Assembly (NCBI GenBank): GCA_958296345.1
Contig: CATQIJ010000005.1
Location: forward strand, 72-64,071
Reading direction: 5' to 3'
Origin: an uncultured Rhizobiaceae bacterium
GTDB lineage: Bacteria > Pseudomonadota > Alphaproteobacteria > Rhizobiales > Rhizobiaceae
Length of the DNA stretch: 64,000 nt
Below the pieces are notes generated by a model. That model did no database searches. It was not told where the DNA came from and saw only the letters and a program-made list of their open reading frames with translations. Made by a program: the position numbers and the translations under genes. This document shows positions 20,784-35,691 of this stretch, one piece after another. Positions within the stretch are counted from its first letter, which is position 1. The number at the start of each line of letters is the position of its first letter.

Positions 20784-20891
20784 CGCATATGGTTTTGATC
20801 AAGGCAAAAATTCACAATCCATTACGTCTTTATGCGAATTGGAAATTTCATCTAGAAGCTTTATAAAGAAAAGATAGCGGAGTGAAATAGT

Positions 20892-23051
20892 ATGAGCAAA
20901 AAACCAAATACACGTGATTGGCTAGATTTAGCAACTAAGGAAATGCGTGGTGGCAATCCTGATGATTTAACTTGGAACACTCCGGAAGGAATTCCTGTAA
21001 AACCGCTCTATACACAAGAAGACTTGGATAACGTTGAGCACCTTGGCAGCCTCCCAGGATTTGATCCTTTCTTGCGCGGTCCAAAAGCTACCATGTATGC
21101 TGGCCGTCCGTGGACCATCCGCCAATATGCTGGATTTTCAACCGCAGAAGAATCCAACGCTTTTTATCGTAAAAACCTAGCCGCTGGTCAAAAAGGCCTG
21201 TCCGTTGCCTTTGATTTAGCCACACACCGTGGTTACGATTCTGACCACCCTCGTGTGATCGGTGATGTTGGCAAGGCTGGCGTGGCGATAGATTCCGTTG
21301 AAGATATGAAAATCTTATTTGATGGAATCCCATTAGATAAAATGTCGGTTTCCATGACCATGAACGGCGCTGTTATTCCAATTCTAGCTAGCTTCATCGT
21401 AGCCGGCGAAGAACAAGGCGTTTCACGCGAAGACCTTTCAGGCACCATCCAAAATGATGTCTTAAAAGAATTCATGGTGCGCAATACATATATCTACCCA
21501 CCAGAACCTTCTATGCGCATCGTGGCTGATATCATTGAATTTACATCCAATGAAATGCCGAAGTTTAATTCGATTTCTATTTCTGGTTACCATATGCAAG
21601 AAGCAGGCGCGAACCTTGTGCAAGAACTTGCTTATACACTTGCAGATGGACGTGAGTATGTTCGTGCCGCACTATCAAAAGGAATGGACGTAGACGCTTT
21701 CGCAGGCCGCCTCTCTTTCTTCTTTTGTATTGGCATGAACTTCTTTATGGAGGCTGCTAAACTGCGTGCAGCACGCTTACTCTGGTCAAAAATGATGTCG
21801 GAGTTCGATCCCAAAAACCCAAAAAGCCTAATGCTTCGCACGCACTGCCAAACTTCTGGTGTGTCACTTCAAGAACAAGACCCATACAACAATGTGGTCC
21901 GCACAGCCTTTGAAGCCATGTCAGCCGTGCTTGGTGGCACGCAATCTCTTCACACAAATTCATTCGACGAAGCCATCGCGCTGCCAACAGAAACTTCCGC
22001 ACGCATTGCTCGTAATACGCAGCTAATATTGCAACATGAAACTGGCGTAACCAACGTCGTCGATCCACTGGCTGGTTCTTATTACGTCGAAAGCCTCACG
22101 CAAAACCTAGTTGATGAAGCATGGAAATTAATCGAGGAAGTTGAAGCTGCTGGCGGCATGACCAAGGCTGTTGAGGCAGGGCTTCCAAAAGCACGCATTG
22201 AAGAAGCTTCCGCTGCGCGTCAAGCACGCGTTGATAAAGGCGAAGAGGTTATCGTCGGCGTAAATAAATATAAACTCGCCCAACAAGATGACATCGATAT
22301 CTTGGAAATTGATAACGACAAAGTGCGCGATGCACAAATCGCCAGATTAAAGCGCACTCGCAAAAATCGAGATCAAACAGCATGTGATGCAGCGCTTGCC
22401 AATTTAACTAAAGTCGCCAAATTGGGTGAAGGCAATATTCTTGAAGCCGCTGTAGAAGCAGCTCGTCAACGCGCGACCGTTGGTGAAATATCAGACGCAC
22501 TAGAAAGCGCATGGGGCCGTCACGAGGCAGAGGTTAAAACCATCTCTGATGTCTACGGCGCAGGCTTTGATGGCAATGAAGCTTATACCAAAATCCAAGC
22601 GGGTATTTCATCAATGGAAACAACCCTTGGTCGCAAGCCACGCATTATGGTTGTAAAAATGGGCCAAGATGGTCACGACCGTGGCGCAAAAGTTATAGCA
22701 ACCGCCTTTGATGATATGGGCTTTGACGTAGTTGTTGGGCCACTATTCCAAACACCGGGCGAAGCTGCCGACATGGCAGTAAGTGAAAGCGTTGACGTCG
22801 TTGGCATTTCATCACACGCGGCAGGGCACAAAACCCTTGCACCAATGCTATTAGAAGAACTGGCCAAAAGAAACGCAGCGGACAAAATCGTAATCTGCGG
22901 CGGCGTAATCCCGGCACAAGACTACGCATTCTTAAAAGAAGCTGGCGTCACAGAGATTTACGGTCCAGGAACAAATATTCTAGAATCAGCAACAAGCCTG
23001 CTTGGCCATATAAAAGAAAAATTCAGAGGTAAGAATTACGCAGCTGAGTAA
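20892..23051 (+). CDS. methylmalonyl-CoA mutase, single-chain large form
   Basis: 719 aa. N-terminal TIM-barrel substrate domain ([17 protein letters not shown]) and C-terminal B12-binding domain with [11 protein letters not shown] (DxHxxG). Confidence 0.92.
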   Translation: MSKKPNTRDWLDLATKEMRGGNPDDLTWNTPEGIPVKPLYTQEDLDNVEHLGSLPGFDPFLRGPKATMYAGRPWTIRQYAGFSTAEESNAFYRKNLAAGQKGLSVAFDLATHRGYDSDHPRVIGDVGKAGVAIDSVEDMKILFDGIPLDKMSVSMTMNGAVIPILASFIVAGEEQGVSREDLSGTIQNDVLKEFMVRNTYIYPPEPSMRIVADIIEFTSNEMPKFNSISISGYHMQEAGANLVQELAYTLADGREYVRAALSKGMDVDAFAGRLSFFFCIGMNFFMEAAKLRAARLLWSKMMSEFDPKNPKSLMLRTHCQTSGVSLQEQDPYNNVVRTAFEAMSAVLGGTQSLHTNSFDEAIALPTETSARIARNTQLILQHETGVTNVVDPLAGSYYVESLTQNLVDEAWKLIEEVEAAGGMTKAVEAGLPKARIEEASAARQARVDKGEEVIVGVNKYKLAQQDDIDILEIDNDKVRDAQIARLKRTRKNRDQTACDAALANLTKVAKLGEGNILEAAVEAARQRATVGEISDALESAWGRHEAEVKTISDVYGAGFDGNEAYTKIQAGISSMETTLGRKPRIMVVKMGQDGHDRGAKVIATAFDDMGFDVVVGPLFQTPGEAADMAVSESVDVVGISSHAAGHKTLAPMLLEELAKRNAADKIVICGGVIPAQDYAFLKEAGVTEIYGPGTNILESATSLLGHIKEKFRGKNYAAE

Positions 23052-23075
23052 CTATAATCCGTATTTGGAGTTTAT

Positions 23076-24854
23076 ATGCCGCCAGATTACATACTTGTTT
23101 TTGGAATTCTTGCCTGCACGTTAGTTCTGTTTGCATCAGGCAAATTACGATATGATTATGTAGCAATTCTTGCCTTATTAACGGGTGTATTTTTAGGGGT
23201 AGTTCCAGCAGCTAGCGCTTTTTCTGGTTTTGGACACCCAGCTGTTATAACAGTAGCCGCAGTTTTAATCATCAGTAAGGCACTTCAAAATTCTGGTGTC
23301 GTGTCATTTGTAACGAAACTCCTCGCACCAACTAGAGTATCAGAACAAAAGCATATTACTGCAAATACAACACTTGTAGCGCTACTATCTAGCTTCATGA
23401 ACAACGTTGGCGCATTAGCACTTATGCTACCTGTCTCCCTTCAAAACGCACAAAAAGCCAGCTATTCACCCTCAAAATTACTAATGCCTCTTTCTTTTGC
23501 TTCCCTACTTGGCGGGCTGGTTACATTGATAGGAACACCAACGAATATTGTTATTTCAACATATCGAATGCAATTTACAGGCGAACCATTCGCCATGTTT
23601 GATTTTACACCTGTCGGTATTGTTATTGCCATTGTTGGGCTAATTTATATTTCTACAATTGGCTGGAGATTGCTCCCAAATCGCATTCCAAAGAGTAGAA
23701 AATCAAAACTCTCTCATGTGGAAGATTACATCACTGAAGTAAAAGTTCCTGAGGGGTCAAGACTGATCGGACTAAGCATTAGCCAGTTAGAAAACGATTG
23801 TGAAAACGAACTCACCGTAATGGCAATGATTCGACAGAGCCGGACTAGGTCAGCGCCACAAGGTAACGAAAGAATTTTGGAAGGTGACACGCTTATCCTT
23901 GAGGGCGACCCTTCAATTCTCACACCCTTTATTGCCAGTGGGAAATTAATTCATTTTGAAAAATCAACAGAGACCTATCTGGCGCTTGGCTCAGGCAACA
24001 TCCGTATTGCCGAAATGGTGCTCTTACCAAATTCCCCTATTCAAGGTCAGTCCGTACGTGGTTTGCATATGCATGACAAATACGGAATCAATCTTCTGGC
24101 AATTTCAAGGCGGGGTGAGAAACCAATAACAAGGTTGGCGCAAACAAAGTTCAAAACAGGCGACGTTTTACTTCTACAAGGCGGGAAACATGCCTTACAA
24201 CAAGCAGGTAACTCATTGGAACTTCTTGGCCTTGCTGAGTGAAACTTACCCGAACACGCCACCAATTATAAAATGCTTATTTCAATTTCAATCTTCGCCA
24301 TTGCAATCTTTTTAGCAGCAACAGGTATCCTAACAGTCCCAATTGCTTTCGTTTCAGCTGTCGTCGCCCTTATCGCAAGCGGAAGCATCAAGGCAAGAGA
24401 AGTTTATACGAGCATTGATTGGTCAATCATTATTCTGCTAGGTGCCTTAATTCCGCTTGGAGATGCGCGACAAACAAGTGGCGGTACTATTCTCATCGCA
24501 AATACAATTTTAGGTATAAGCAATGGCCTGCCTATCTGGGCTATCGTTGCTTGCCTACTAGTTGGTTCAATGTGGTTATCTGATATTATTCCAAACACAC
24601 CGACAGCCGTTTTAATGGCACCTATAAGCGCCACTATTGCATCTGAATTAGGCGTATCAGCCGATCCATTCTTAATGGCTGTAGCAATTGGCTGTGCAAC
24701 ACCATTTTTAACGCCCATAGGCCATCAGTCCAATACGATAGTTATGACACCTGGTGGTTATCGTTTTACTGACTATGCCAGAATGGGAATTGGATTAGAA
24801 ATCATAATAGTCCTGACTGCAGTACCAATGATTATGTGGATATGGCCTACTTAG
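23076..24854 (+). pseudogene. SLC13/DASS-type permease with two central TrkA-C domains, interrupted by an in-frame TGA
   Basis: ORFs 23076..24242 and 24273..24854 are in the same frame, separated only by a TGA at 24240-24242. Together they give the usual TM-TrkA_C-TrkA_C-TM architecture of about 590 aa. Confidence 0.75.
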
Positions 24855-24884
24855 GTAAACCTCATTGATGGAAGCTACAAAATT

Positions 24885-25394
24885 CTAATCAATAATATTT
24901 GCAAACTCTCGCACAACACGTTCGTAGATTTCGCGCTTAAATTCCACGATAAGCGATGGTAATTCTTCCGCGTCTTTCCATTCCCATTTATCAAACTCTT
25001 GCTCAGAGCCATCGGGTGGATGTGTAATGTTAATCTCGTTCTCATCACCATCGAAACGAAATGCAAACCATTTTTGTGTCTGACCACGATATTTACCGCG
25101 TAACCCAATGCCAATGAGCGCATCTGGTAAGTCATAGTCGAGCCAATCGTCTATCTCGCCAATAACGATGGCCGTAGTGACTCCAGTTTCTTCCCAAAGC
25201 TCACGCTTTGCAGCCGCTAGTGGGTCTTCGCCCTTATCAATACCTCCTTGTGGCATTTGCCAGCAAAGTGCATCCTTGCCAAAAGTTTCTGTATTAGGCA
25301 GACGCCGTCCAGCCCAAACTTTCCCTTCGGAATTTATCAGCATAATGCCAACGCAAGATCGGTAAGGAAGGTCTTTAGCTTTTATTTTACTCAC
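24885..25394 (-). CDS. rppH: RNA pyrophosphohydrolase (Nudix)
   Basis: 169 aa. YRSCVGIMLIN.., WQMPQGGIDKGEDPLAAAKRELWEETGV (Nudix box). Conserved position next to the ctpA block. Confidence 0.85.
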   Translation of the reverse strand: MSKIKAKDLPYRSCVGIMLINSEGKVWAGRRLPNTETFGKDALCWQMPQGGIDKGEDPLAAAKRELWEETGVTTAIVIGEIDDWLDYDLPDALIGIGLRGKYRGQTQKWFAFRFDGDENEINITHPPDGSEQEFDKWEWKDAEELPSLIVEFKREIYERVVREFANIID

Positions 25395-26590
25395 TTTTGA
25401 GGATCCCTAACAACAGAAGAAACAGGCGTGATCTCAATGCCGTTTTGCTTTGCTTGCTGGGCAAATTGAGCGACAAGATCAATCGTATCAGGGAAAGCAT
25501 TGCCAACACCAATTGCCATACCTGTACGCTTAGCTTGTTCTGCTAATTTTACGAGCTTTTCAGCAATTGCCGAGCGAGAGCGCACATTATCTAAAAGTAT
25601 ATTACCTTTGGCGTAAGGAACCAGCTCTTTCACAGCCACACCTTGTGCAACAGAGTTTCTGACAGTGCCATCTTCAACAAAAAGCAATCCACGTTCAGAT
25701 ATTTCAGAAAATATTGGTGAAAGGCTGGCCGGTTGTGCAAGAAGTTTATTACCAAGGTAATTCATAACACCAACATAGTTAGTAATACGGCTCATGGCCC
25801 AATGTAAGTTGGCAATATTTTCTTGCAAATTAGCATCCGCTTTTAGAGTATGAGGGCCAGGGTTGTTTTTGGGATAATCAATCGGCTCCATTGGCAATTG
25901 CAATAAAAGCTCATGACCTTTTTTCCGCGCATCCTGCATCCACCGCTTAAGACTATTTCCATAAGGGGCAAAGGCTAGTGTTACATTCGGGTGAAGTTTT
26001 TGAAGCGCAGTTTGCGTACTTGATTGGCTAATACCTAATCCACCAATGATAATAACAACGCGGGCAACCCCAAAGTTACCCTCAATATCAGCCTGCCGTG
26101 AATATAAATCCATGGCTCTTAATCCGCCTTTTGAACGCTTGGGTATAACACCCGTTGCACCACGCTCCGAAAGAGCTGGATCAGGCAAATGAGCAAGAGC
26201 TTGTTCTTGCCGGCGTATTTCTTTTACTTGCACAGGCGGCTGCAAAACAGGTATTAAAGGCTTTAAGGGTTGTAATTGCTCAAGTGGTTTTATTTCCTGA
26301 AGGTTACCCCCATTTGGATCAAGCGTATGCTCACTCTGTGGAATAACTTTTACAACTTTTGGTTCTTCTGCCTTTGGAGTTTCTGTTTTCGGTGTATTTG
26401 TAACTTCAGCTACCTCTTGCGGCTTGGAGCCAAACGAAGATAGAGCACTAAACCCACCATAAAAATGAAAGACTGGAAGACCAATTAAAAGCGCTAAGCC
26501 AGCAGCAACTAATGCCTTACTGGTGCGCTTAGTATCTTGCTTAGAAGAATACCCTTTAAGAGGTTTGTTAAACTCGTTTTCCGGTTCCAT
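25391..26590 (-). CDS. divergent polysaccharide deacetylase family protein (YibQ-like)
   Basis: 399 aa. N-terminal TM helix, Pro/Lys/Glu-rich linker, then a YibQ-type domain (VVIIIGGLG..LAFAPYG..ELLLQLPMEP). Sits in the conserved envC-ctpA-yibQ neighbourhood. Confidence 0.7.
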   Translation of the reverse strand: MEPENEFNKPLKGYSSKQDTKRTSKALVAAGLALLIGLPVFHFYGGFSALSSFGSKPQEVAEVTNTPKTETPKAEEPKVVKVIPQSEHTLDPNGGNLQEIKPLEQLQPLKPLIPVLQPPVQVKEIRRQEQALAHLPDPALSERGATGVIPKRSKGGLRAMDLYSRQADIEGNFGVARVVIIIGGLGISQSSTQTALQKLHPNVTLAFAPYGNSLKRWMQDARKKGHELLLQLPMEPIDYPKNNPGPHTLKADANLQENIANLHWAMSRITNYVGVMNYLGNKLLAQPASLSPIFSEISERGLLFVEDGTVRNSVAQGVAVKELVPYAKGNILLDNVRSRSAIAEKLVKLAEQAKRTGMAIGVGNAFPDTIDLVAQFAQQAKQNGIEITPVSSVVRDPQK

Positions 26591-26687
26591 CAGTTAGATA
26601 ATCACCCACAATATTTAAGTTTAAAAAGGACAGAATCAAACAAGGGAGAGCATAGCCCTCCCTTGCGTAAAACCAAAGCGGTATTAA

Positions 26688-28026
26688 TCAGTTCTGTGTT
26701 GGAACTGCTTTTTCAGGATCTGGTGGAAAAGCAGCGTGTTGCTTAGTGCCACGAATTAGATCTTTCGCATAAATTAATTGAAGATCATCTTTTGGATCTG
26801 GTGGTACATATGCAATTGAGCCTGAACCTTCTTCATCTTCTTCATTACCAACAATATGACCACGAAGACTAGACTCACCACGCGCTTCAACACGCCCTTG
26901 AAGCTCTTCTGGTAAAGGCTGTTCAACAAAAATATCAGGCTTAATGCCTTTACCCTGAATTGAACGATCAGCAGGTGTATAATAAAGTGCAGTTGTTAAA
27001 CGAAGCGCACCATTTGCACCCAATGGAATAATCGTTTGAACGGAACCTTTACCAAATGATCGAGTACCAAGAATAGTTGCACGTTTATGATCTTGAAGCG
27101 CACCCGCGACAATTTCAGAAGCACTTGCAGAACCGCCGTTCATCAAAACAATAACAGGCTTGCCGCCCGTAAGATCGCCAGGGCGAGCCGCATGGCGTCT
27201 CGTCTCATCAGGGTTACGTCCACGGGTTGAAACGATTAAACCGCGATCAAGGAATGTATCAGAAACACTCACCGCTTGATCAAGCAAGCCGCCTGGGTTC
27301 AAACGAAGGTCAACAACGTAACCTTTTAAGTTTTCATCTCCCACTTCTTCACGAATGCTTTTAATTGCTTTTTCTAAGCCATCATAAGTTTGCTCGTTAA
27401 ACGCATTGATATCGACAAAACCAATATCACCATCTTCAACACGGTAGCGTACAGAACGCACCGTGATCACATCACGAATAATCGTAATTTCAATTGGCTT
27501 ATCAGCGCCCTGGCGTGCAATTGTTTAAAACGATTGGTGTATTAACTTCGCCGCGCATTTTTTCAACCGCTTCAGCAAGGCTAACACCGCGAATGTTTTC
27601 GCCATCAATTTTTGTAATGAGATCGCCAGCCAACACACCAGCTTTTGCAGCCGGTGTTTCATCAATCGGAGAAACTACTTTAACAAACTCATTCTCCATG
27701 GTGACTTCAATACCAAGACCGCCAAATTTGCCACTTGTACTAACGCGCATATCTGAAAATGCTTTAGCATTAAGGTAACTTGAGTGTGGGTCAAGTGATG
27801 TAAGCATACCATTGATAGCGCTCTCAATCAGCTCTTCCTCTTTTGGTTCGGTCACATATGACGAACGTACCCGCTCAAAAATATCCCCAAAAATACTAAG
27901 TTGGCGATATGTACCAATTCCCGCAGCTTGTGCAGAAGAAGAATGATTAAGGCCATTAGAAACCGTAATCACTGCCGTTGCACCGATTGCTGCACCTGCC
28001 AGCAGAAGACCAAATTTACGAACCAT
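26688..28026 (-). pseudogene. ctpA: carboxy-terminal processing protease S41 (single frameshift)
   Basis: ORF 27502..28086 carries the signal peptide and PDZ domain (TPAAKAGVLAGDLITKIDG). ORF 26688..27470 carries the S41 core (NGGSASASEIVAGALQD..SFGKGSVQ). The two join if one base is removed from the TTT run at 27524-27526. Likely start is MVRKFGLLL at 28026. Confidence 0.85.
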
Positions 28027-29355
28027 CAGTAGTTCTTTCCTTGTTATTGACCGACCACCAAGGGGCCGGATCGATTGAATTTCCATCCTTGCGGAATTCT
28101 ACATATAAAATAGGCTTTGTTGTGTTTATATCAACCAGCCCTGTACTTGCAATTCTTTGTGCGCCCATTATTCCTATTGGCTCTCCAACAAGAACAAATT
28201 GACCTGGTTGAACATTAACCTCTTCCATGCCAGCAACAACGATATGATAACCCTGACCTGCATTCATTATCAAGAGTTGACCGTAAGATCTAAACGGACC
28301 TGCGTAAACCACCCACGCATCAGCAGGAGAAATAACACGGGCATTTTCACGTGCCTCTAATGAAATACCTCTAGTCTTATCTCCTGCACCGTCATTTTGT
28401 CCAAAAGATGCCAATTGTGCGCCTTGTACGGGTAGCGGTAGAAGCCCTTTAGCAGCTGCAAAACTAATTGCGGGTGCAATACGTCCTGGATCAAAAAAAG
28501 CATCGTTCTTCTCAAATTTACGCCCAGCGGCAATGCGCTCTTCTTCTTGCTTTTTAAGATCAATTTCAGCTACTCGGGCAGATTCTGCGGCCTGTTGCGC
28601 GGATTCTATCTCGTTTTCAAGATTGGCTATTAAATCATTTAATGAAGTTGCTTGGCGGCTAATTCAGCTGCTTTTGCGCTTTCTTGCGCTAATTTAGCTT
28701 GTGCAACACCCGTTAGCTTTCGCTTTTCAAGCAATAACAAGTTGAGTTTTTCTTCTTCGCCAGCAAGTGAAACGAGCTCGACAGACAATTCATTTCGTTG
28801 CGTATCAATATCAGTCGAGATACGGACAAGTTCTTTGAGCTGACCTAACAAAATTTCAGTTTCCGAGCGCACCTCTGGAACAACAGAACCAAGCAAAATT
28901 GCAGAACGAACCGAAGATAACGCATCTTCTGGTGTCACCAAGAGTGCTGGTGGCGGATTACGCCCCATTCGCTGAAGCGCGCCCAAAACTTCCATCAGCA
29001 AGGCTTTTTTGCTATTTAAAAATACTCGCACATTAGATTGCTCATCGCGCAATTGTGATAACCGAACTTCTGCTTTTGAGATGCGTTTTTCAATATTTCG
29101 AAAACTTGCAGAAGCCTCAATCAATGTTCGATTAATCGTCGCACGATCTTTTTCAAGCGACCCAATTTCAGAAGCCAACTCTTGCTTACGCTGCTCACTA
29201 AGAGAAATTTCAGATTGAAGCGTCTTTAATTCTTCAACATTCTTTTGACGTTGAGAAGATAAATCTTGAGCATGAATAGGAGAGATAAACACTAACAAAA
29301 CAGCAAACACCAAGGCGATGAACTGTATTCCAGTTTTGTTGAAAGTAAGCGACAA
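28016..29355 (-). pseudogene. EnvC-like murein hydrolase activator / M23 peptidase-domain protein (single frameshift)
   Basis: Signal peptide plus long coiled coil (28639..29355). A single continuous frame from about 28648 to 28016 holds the LytM/M23 domain (YGQLLIMNAGQGYHIVVAGM..PILYVEFRKDG). The frames differ by 1 nt near 28640. Confidence 0.75.
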
Positions 29356-29416
29356 ATTGATTCTCCGTTATCCAGAGAATACATGAAAATTGGTTAAGGA
29401 TGAAGAAATGTGGGTT

Positions 29417-30452
<1,036 letters not shown>

Positions 30453-30560
30453 TTACCGCTTATATATGTGTTGGCGACCAAAGCGTCAGCCTTGGTATTT
30501 CCAGATAATTCAAGAGTATCATAATTTACGCAAGTCATCCATTACTGACCATAGCGTCTA

Positions 30561-31042
30561 TCACTCTCGGTGATAAGGATGCCCAGACAAGATCGTTATC
30601 CCACGATAAATCTGCTCTGCTAACAAGATCCGCGCAATTTGGTGCGGCCATGTCATCGAACCCAGTCTTATTTTTCGAACTGCGATGTTCTTTAGTTCAT
30701 CCCATGCCCATCTGGCCCACCAATAGCAAAAGCTAATTTTGTAGTTCCCATATCCTGCTCAGCTTGCAGTAGTTGTGAAAATTCTTGGCTGTATAGGTCT
30801 TTGCCTTTTTCATCTAAAACGATAATCCGCGCACCATCCCCTACTGTTTGGAGTAGTTGACTGGCCTCTTCTGATTTCCGCTTTTGAACATCTTGCGCGC
30901 GTGATTCTACGATCTCATGAAGATCAAGCCCCATAAAGTGTAGTGCTTTTCCTGATTTGGAAATACGATCTGAATAGCGGTCGTAAAGCTCTCTCTCAGG
31001 TCCTGCTTTCATGCGACCAACTGCTAAAATGGTTAGGCGCAT
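30561..31042 (-). pseudogene. rlmH: 23S rRNA (pseudouridine1915-N3)-methyltransferase RlmH (single frameshift)
   Basis: ORF 30692..31042 ([21 protein letters not shown]) continues in the -1 frame as ..[31 protein letters not shown]-stop (30561-30563). It joins if the CCC run at 30701-30703 is lengthened by one. Confidence 0.85.
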
Positions 31043-31056
31043 AAGAGTGAGTTATC

Positions 31057-31455
31057 CTAGTGCTTTTCTTCAGATGCTGACATTTGCCACATCTTTTCGA
31101 GCGAATAAAATTCACGCACTTCTGGTCTGAAGATATGAACAATAATATCGCCTATATCTATCAAAACCCAATCAGAACTTTGTAAACCTTCAACCTTGAT
31201 TGACTTAAATCCAAAGGATTTAAGTTCGCGCAATAGATGATCAGATACCGCACTCACGTGGCGGCTAGATCGCCCCGATGCAACAACCATGTAATCTGCT
31301 AAAGCAGATTTTTCTCGTATATCAATCGTAGTGACTTCTTCTGCCTTACTGTCATCAAGACAAGTCAACACGGTTTCTAAAACACTATCAATAGCTGCTG
31401 TCGCCGCTTTTTGTGCTTGTTTTGCTGTACCTTTTTTAGGTTCTGAATTCTGCAT
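31057..31455 (-). CDS. rsfS: ribosome silencing factor RsfS
   Basis: 132 aa with ADYMVVASGRSSRHVSAV..DWVLIDIGDIIVHIF..REFYSLEKMW. Confidence 0.85.
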   Translation of the reverse strand: MQNSEPKKGTAKQAQKAATAAIDSVLETVLTCLDDSKAEEVTTIDIREKSALADYMVVASGRSSRHVSAVSDHLLRELKSFGFKSIKVEGLQSSDWVLIDIGDIIVHIFRPEVREFYSLEKMWQMSASEEKH

Positions 31456-31570
31456 TGCTATAGTCAGTTTTTCTCTCTCGCTATGCAGTTAAAGAATAGC
31501 GTTATTACCATCTTCCCTAGCATAGTTCTTATTCTATGATTATTTCAAGACACTTTTTATGTCTTGTGAA

Positions 31571-32197
31571 TTAATATACCCTTTGTTCAGCTCTCAATTG
31601 TGTTGATGAAAGCGATGACCTAGGCCCATGTAAAAACGTCCATACAGGCGGCTTCATGTGACTTAAGAGGGATGCATCCCCTTCGTCTATACGATATTTT
31701 GACAATGCGATAGATGCCTGCGCTGAATGGTAGCTCAAGGTTGAACCAGGTCTGTCAATGACGGCAATCGGCATCATATCAGCGATTTCACGCCAATCCT
31801 GCCAATGGTGAAAATCTGCCAAATTATCCGCGCCCATCAACCATACAAAATCATTTCTTGGCCGAACCTGTTTAACAAGTTTCAAAGTGTCAGCCGTATA
31901 GCGCACTTTATGTTGTGCTTCAAAAGCAGTTACTTTTATTTTTGGATGAGAAATAAGTGCGTGACATTTCTTGATACGCTCTTCTACCGGTGCAAGCTTG
32001 GATTTGTCTTTTAGCGGGTTGCCGGGTGTTACCAACCACCAAATTTGATCAAGCTCAAGACGCTTCAAAGCTAAATCACAAAGGTTCAAATGACCTTCGT
32101 GGGGCGGGTTAAACGAGCCACCAAACAAGCCAATTTTTGCGCCATCACCAACAGCTGGCATACGCATTGCTTCACGAAGGACTACACTTTGCTTCAA
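31571..32197 (-). CDS. nadD: nicotinate-nucleotide adenylyltransferase
   Basis: [14 protein letters not shown] and ISSTQLR-like SSTQLR motifs. The TTG start at 32197 overlaps the proA stop (TTGA). ATG codons at 32167 and 32161 are alternative starts. Confidence 0.85.
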   Translation of the reverse strand: MKQSVVLREAMRMPAVGDGAKIGLFGGSFNPPHEGHLNLCDLALKRLELDQIWWLVTPGNPLKDKSKLAPVEERIKKCHALISHPKIKVTAFEAQHKVRYTADTLKLVKQVRPRNDFVWLMGADNLADFHHWQDWREIADMMPIAVIDRPGSTLSYHSAQASIALSKYRIDEGDASLLSHMKPPVWTFLHGPRSSLSSTQLRAEQRVY

Positions 32198-33466
32198 GGT
32201 CGCGCCTGCCCATTTCCGCGTACGAGATATTTAAAACTAGTCAATTGCTCTACCCCAACTGGTCCACGCGCATGCATTTTGCCAGTTGCAATACCGATCT
32301 CCGCGCCCATGCCAAATTCACCACCATCTGCAAATTGCGTTGAGGCATTATGTAGAAGAATAGCTGAATCGATTTCATTAAAAAACTTTTCAACGACCGC
32401 ACTGTCTTCTGCAATCACACATTCAGTATGGCTTGAAGAATATTTTTGAACATGCTCAACTGCACCCTCAATACCGTCTACCAACTTAGCCGAAATAATA
32501 GAATCCAAATATTCAGTCGTCCAATCCTCTTCCGTAGCTGAATTTGCATCAGAGAAAATTGCAACGACTTCATCATCACCACGGATTTCGCATTTGGTTT
32601 TAGCAAGCGCCTCCAAAATTGGTTGAAGATGCGTGTCTACGGCAGCCTTATCGATCAACAGTGTTTCAGCAGAACCACAAATTCCAGTGCGGCGCATTTT
32701 TGAATTTACAACCAACTCGATCGCCATATTAAGGTCAGCAGACTTATCGACATAAACATGACAAAGCCCTTCAAGGTGCGCAAACACCGGAACACGTGCA
32801 TCAGTCTGTACACGCTCAACAAGTGAACGTCCCCCACGTGGCACAATCACATCAATACATCCATCAAGACCTGTCAGCATTTCGCCAACAGCTTCTCTAT
32901 CTGTTGTTGGTACGATCTGAATACTATCTGCAGGCAAGCCTGCATCCTTTAAACCGCTAACAAGACAAGCATGAATGGCACGTGATGAATGATATGAGTC
33001 TGAACCGCCACGTAAAATAACCGCATTGCCAGATTTCAAACAAAGTGCACCCGCATCAGCTGTAACATTCGGACGTGCTTCAAAAATCACGCCAATCACC
33101 CCAAGTGGTGTACGAACACGAGAAATATTTAACCCGTTAGGTCTATCCCATTGAGTTATAACATCACCAACTGGGTCTTTTAATTCTGCGATAGCCAAAA
33201 GGCCATCCATCATGCTTTTGATGCGGTCTTCATCTAGCGTCAAACGGTCAAGGAATGCTGCTGAAATTCCATTAGTTTTTGCGGCAATGATATCTTTTTT
33301 ATTCTCAGCCAAGATATATTCCCGCGTCTGCCAAAGATTTTCTGCGGCAATTTTCAATGCGTTATTTTTGGCTTCAGGGCTAGCAGTAGCAAGGATCTGA
33401 CTAGCTGATTTAGCATGCCCACCTATTGTAGCCATTACGGATTTTACATCTTCTGTCTTTACTGTA

Positions 33467-33474
<8 letters not shown>
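32194..33474 (-). CDS. proA: gamma-glutamyl phosphate reductase
   Basis: 426 aa, colinear with ProA ([17 protein letters not shown], catalytic-Cys context [12 protein letters not shown]). Confidence 0.92.
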
Positions 33475-35673
<2,199 letters not shown>

Positions 35674-35691
35674 TCAGGCTTTCTTTTTAAG

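Noticed and set aside
24240-24242. Selenocysteine recoding at the in-frame TGA of the SLC13 permease.
   Set aside because: The position is a cytoplasmic linker with no redox context. I see no SECIS-like hairpin directly downstream, and family members have an ordinary residue there.
28357-28563. ORF 28357..28563 (68 aa) and similar short ORFs inside the envC/ctpA/deaminase region.
   Set aside because: They are wrong-frame reads. The EnvC-like protein is continuous in another frame from about 28648 to 28016.
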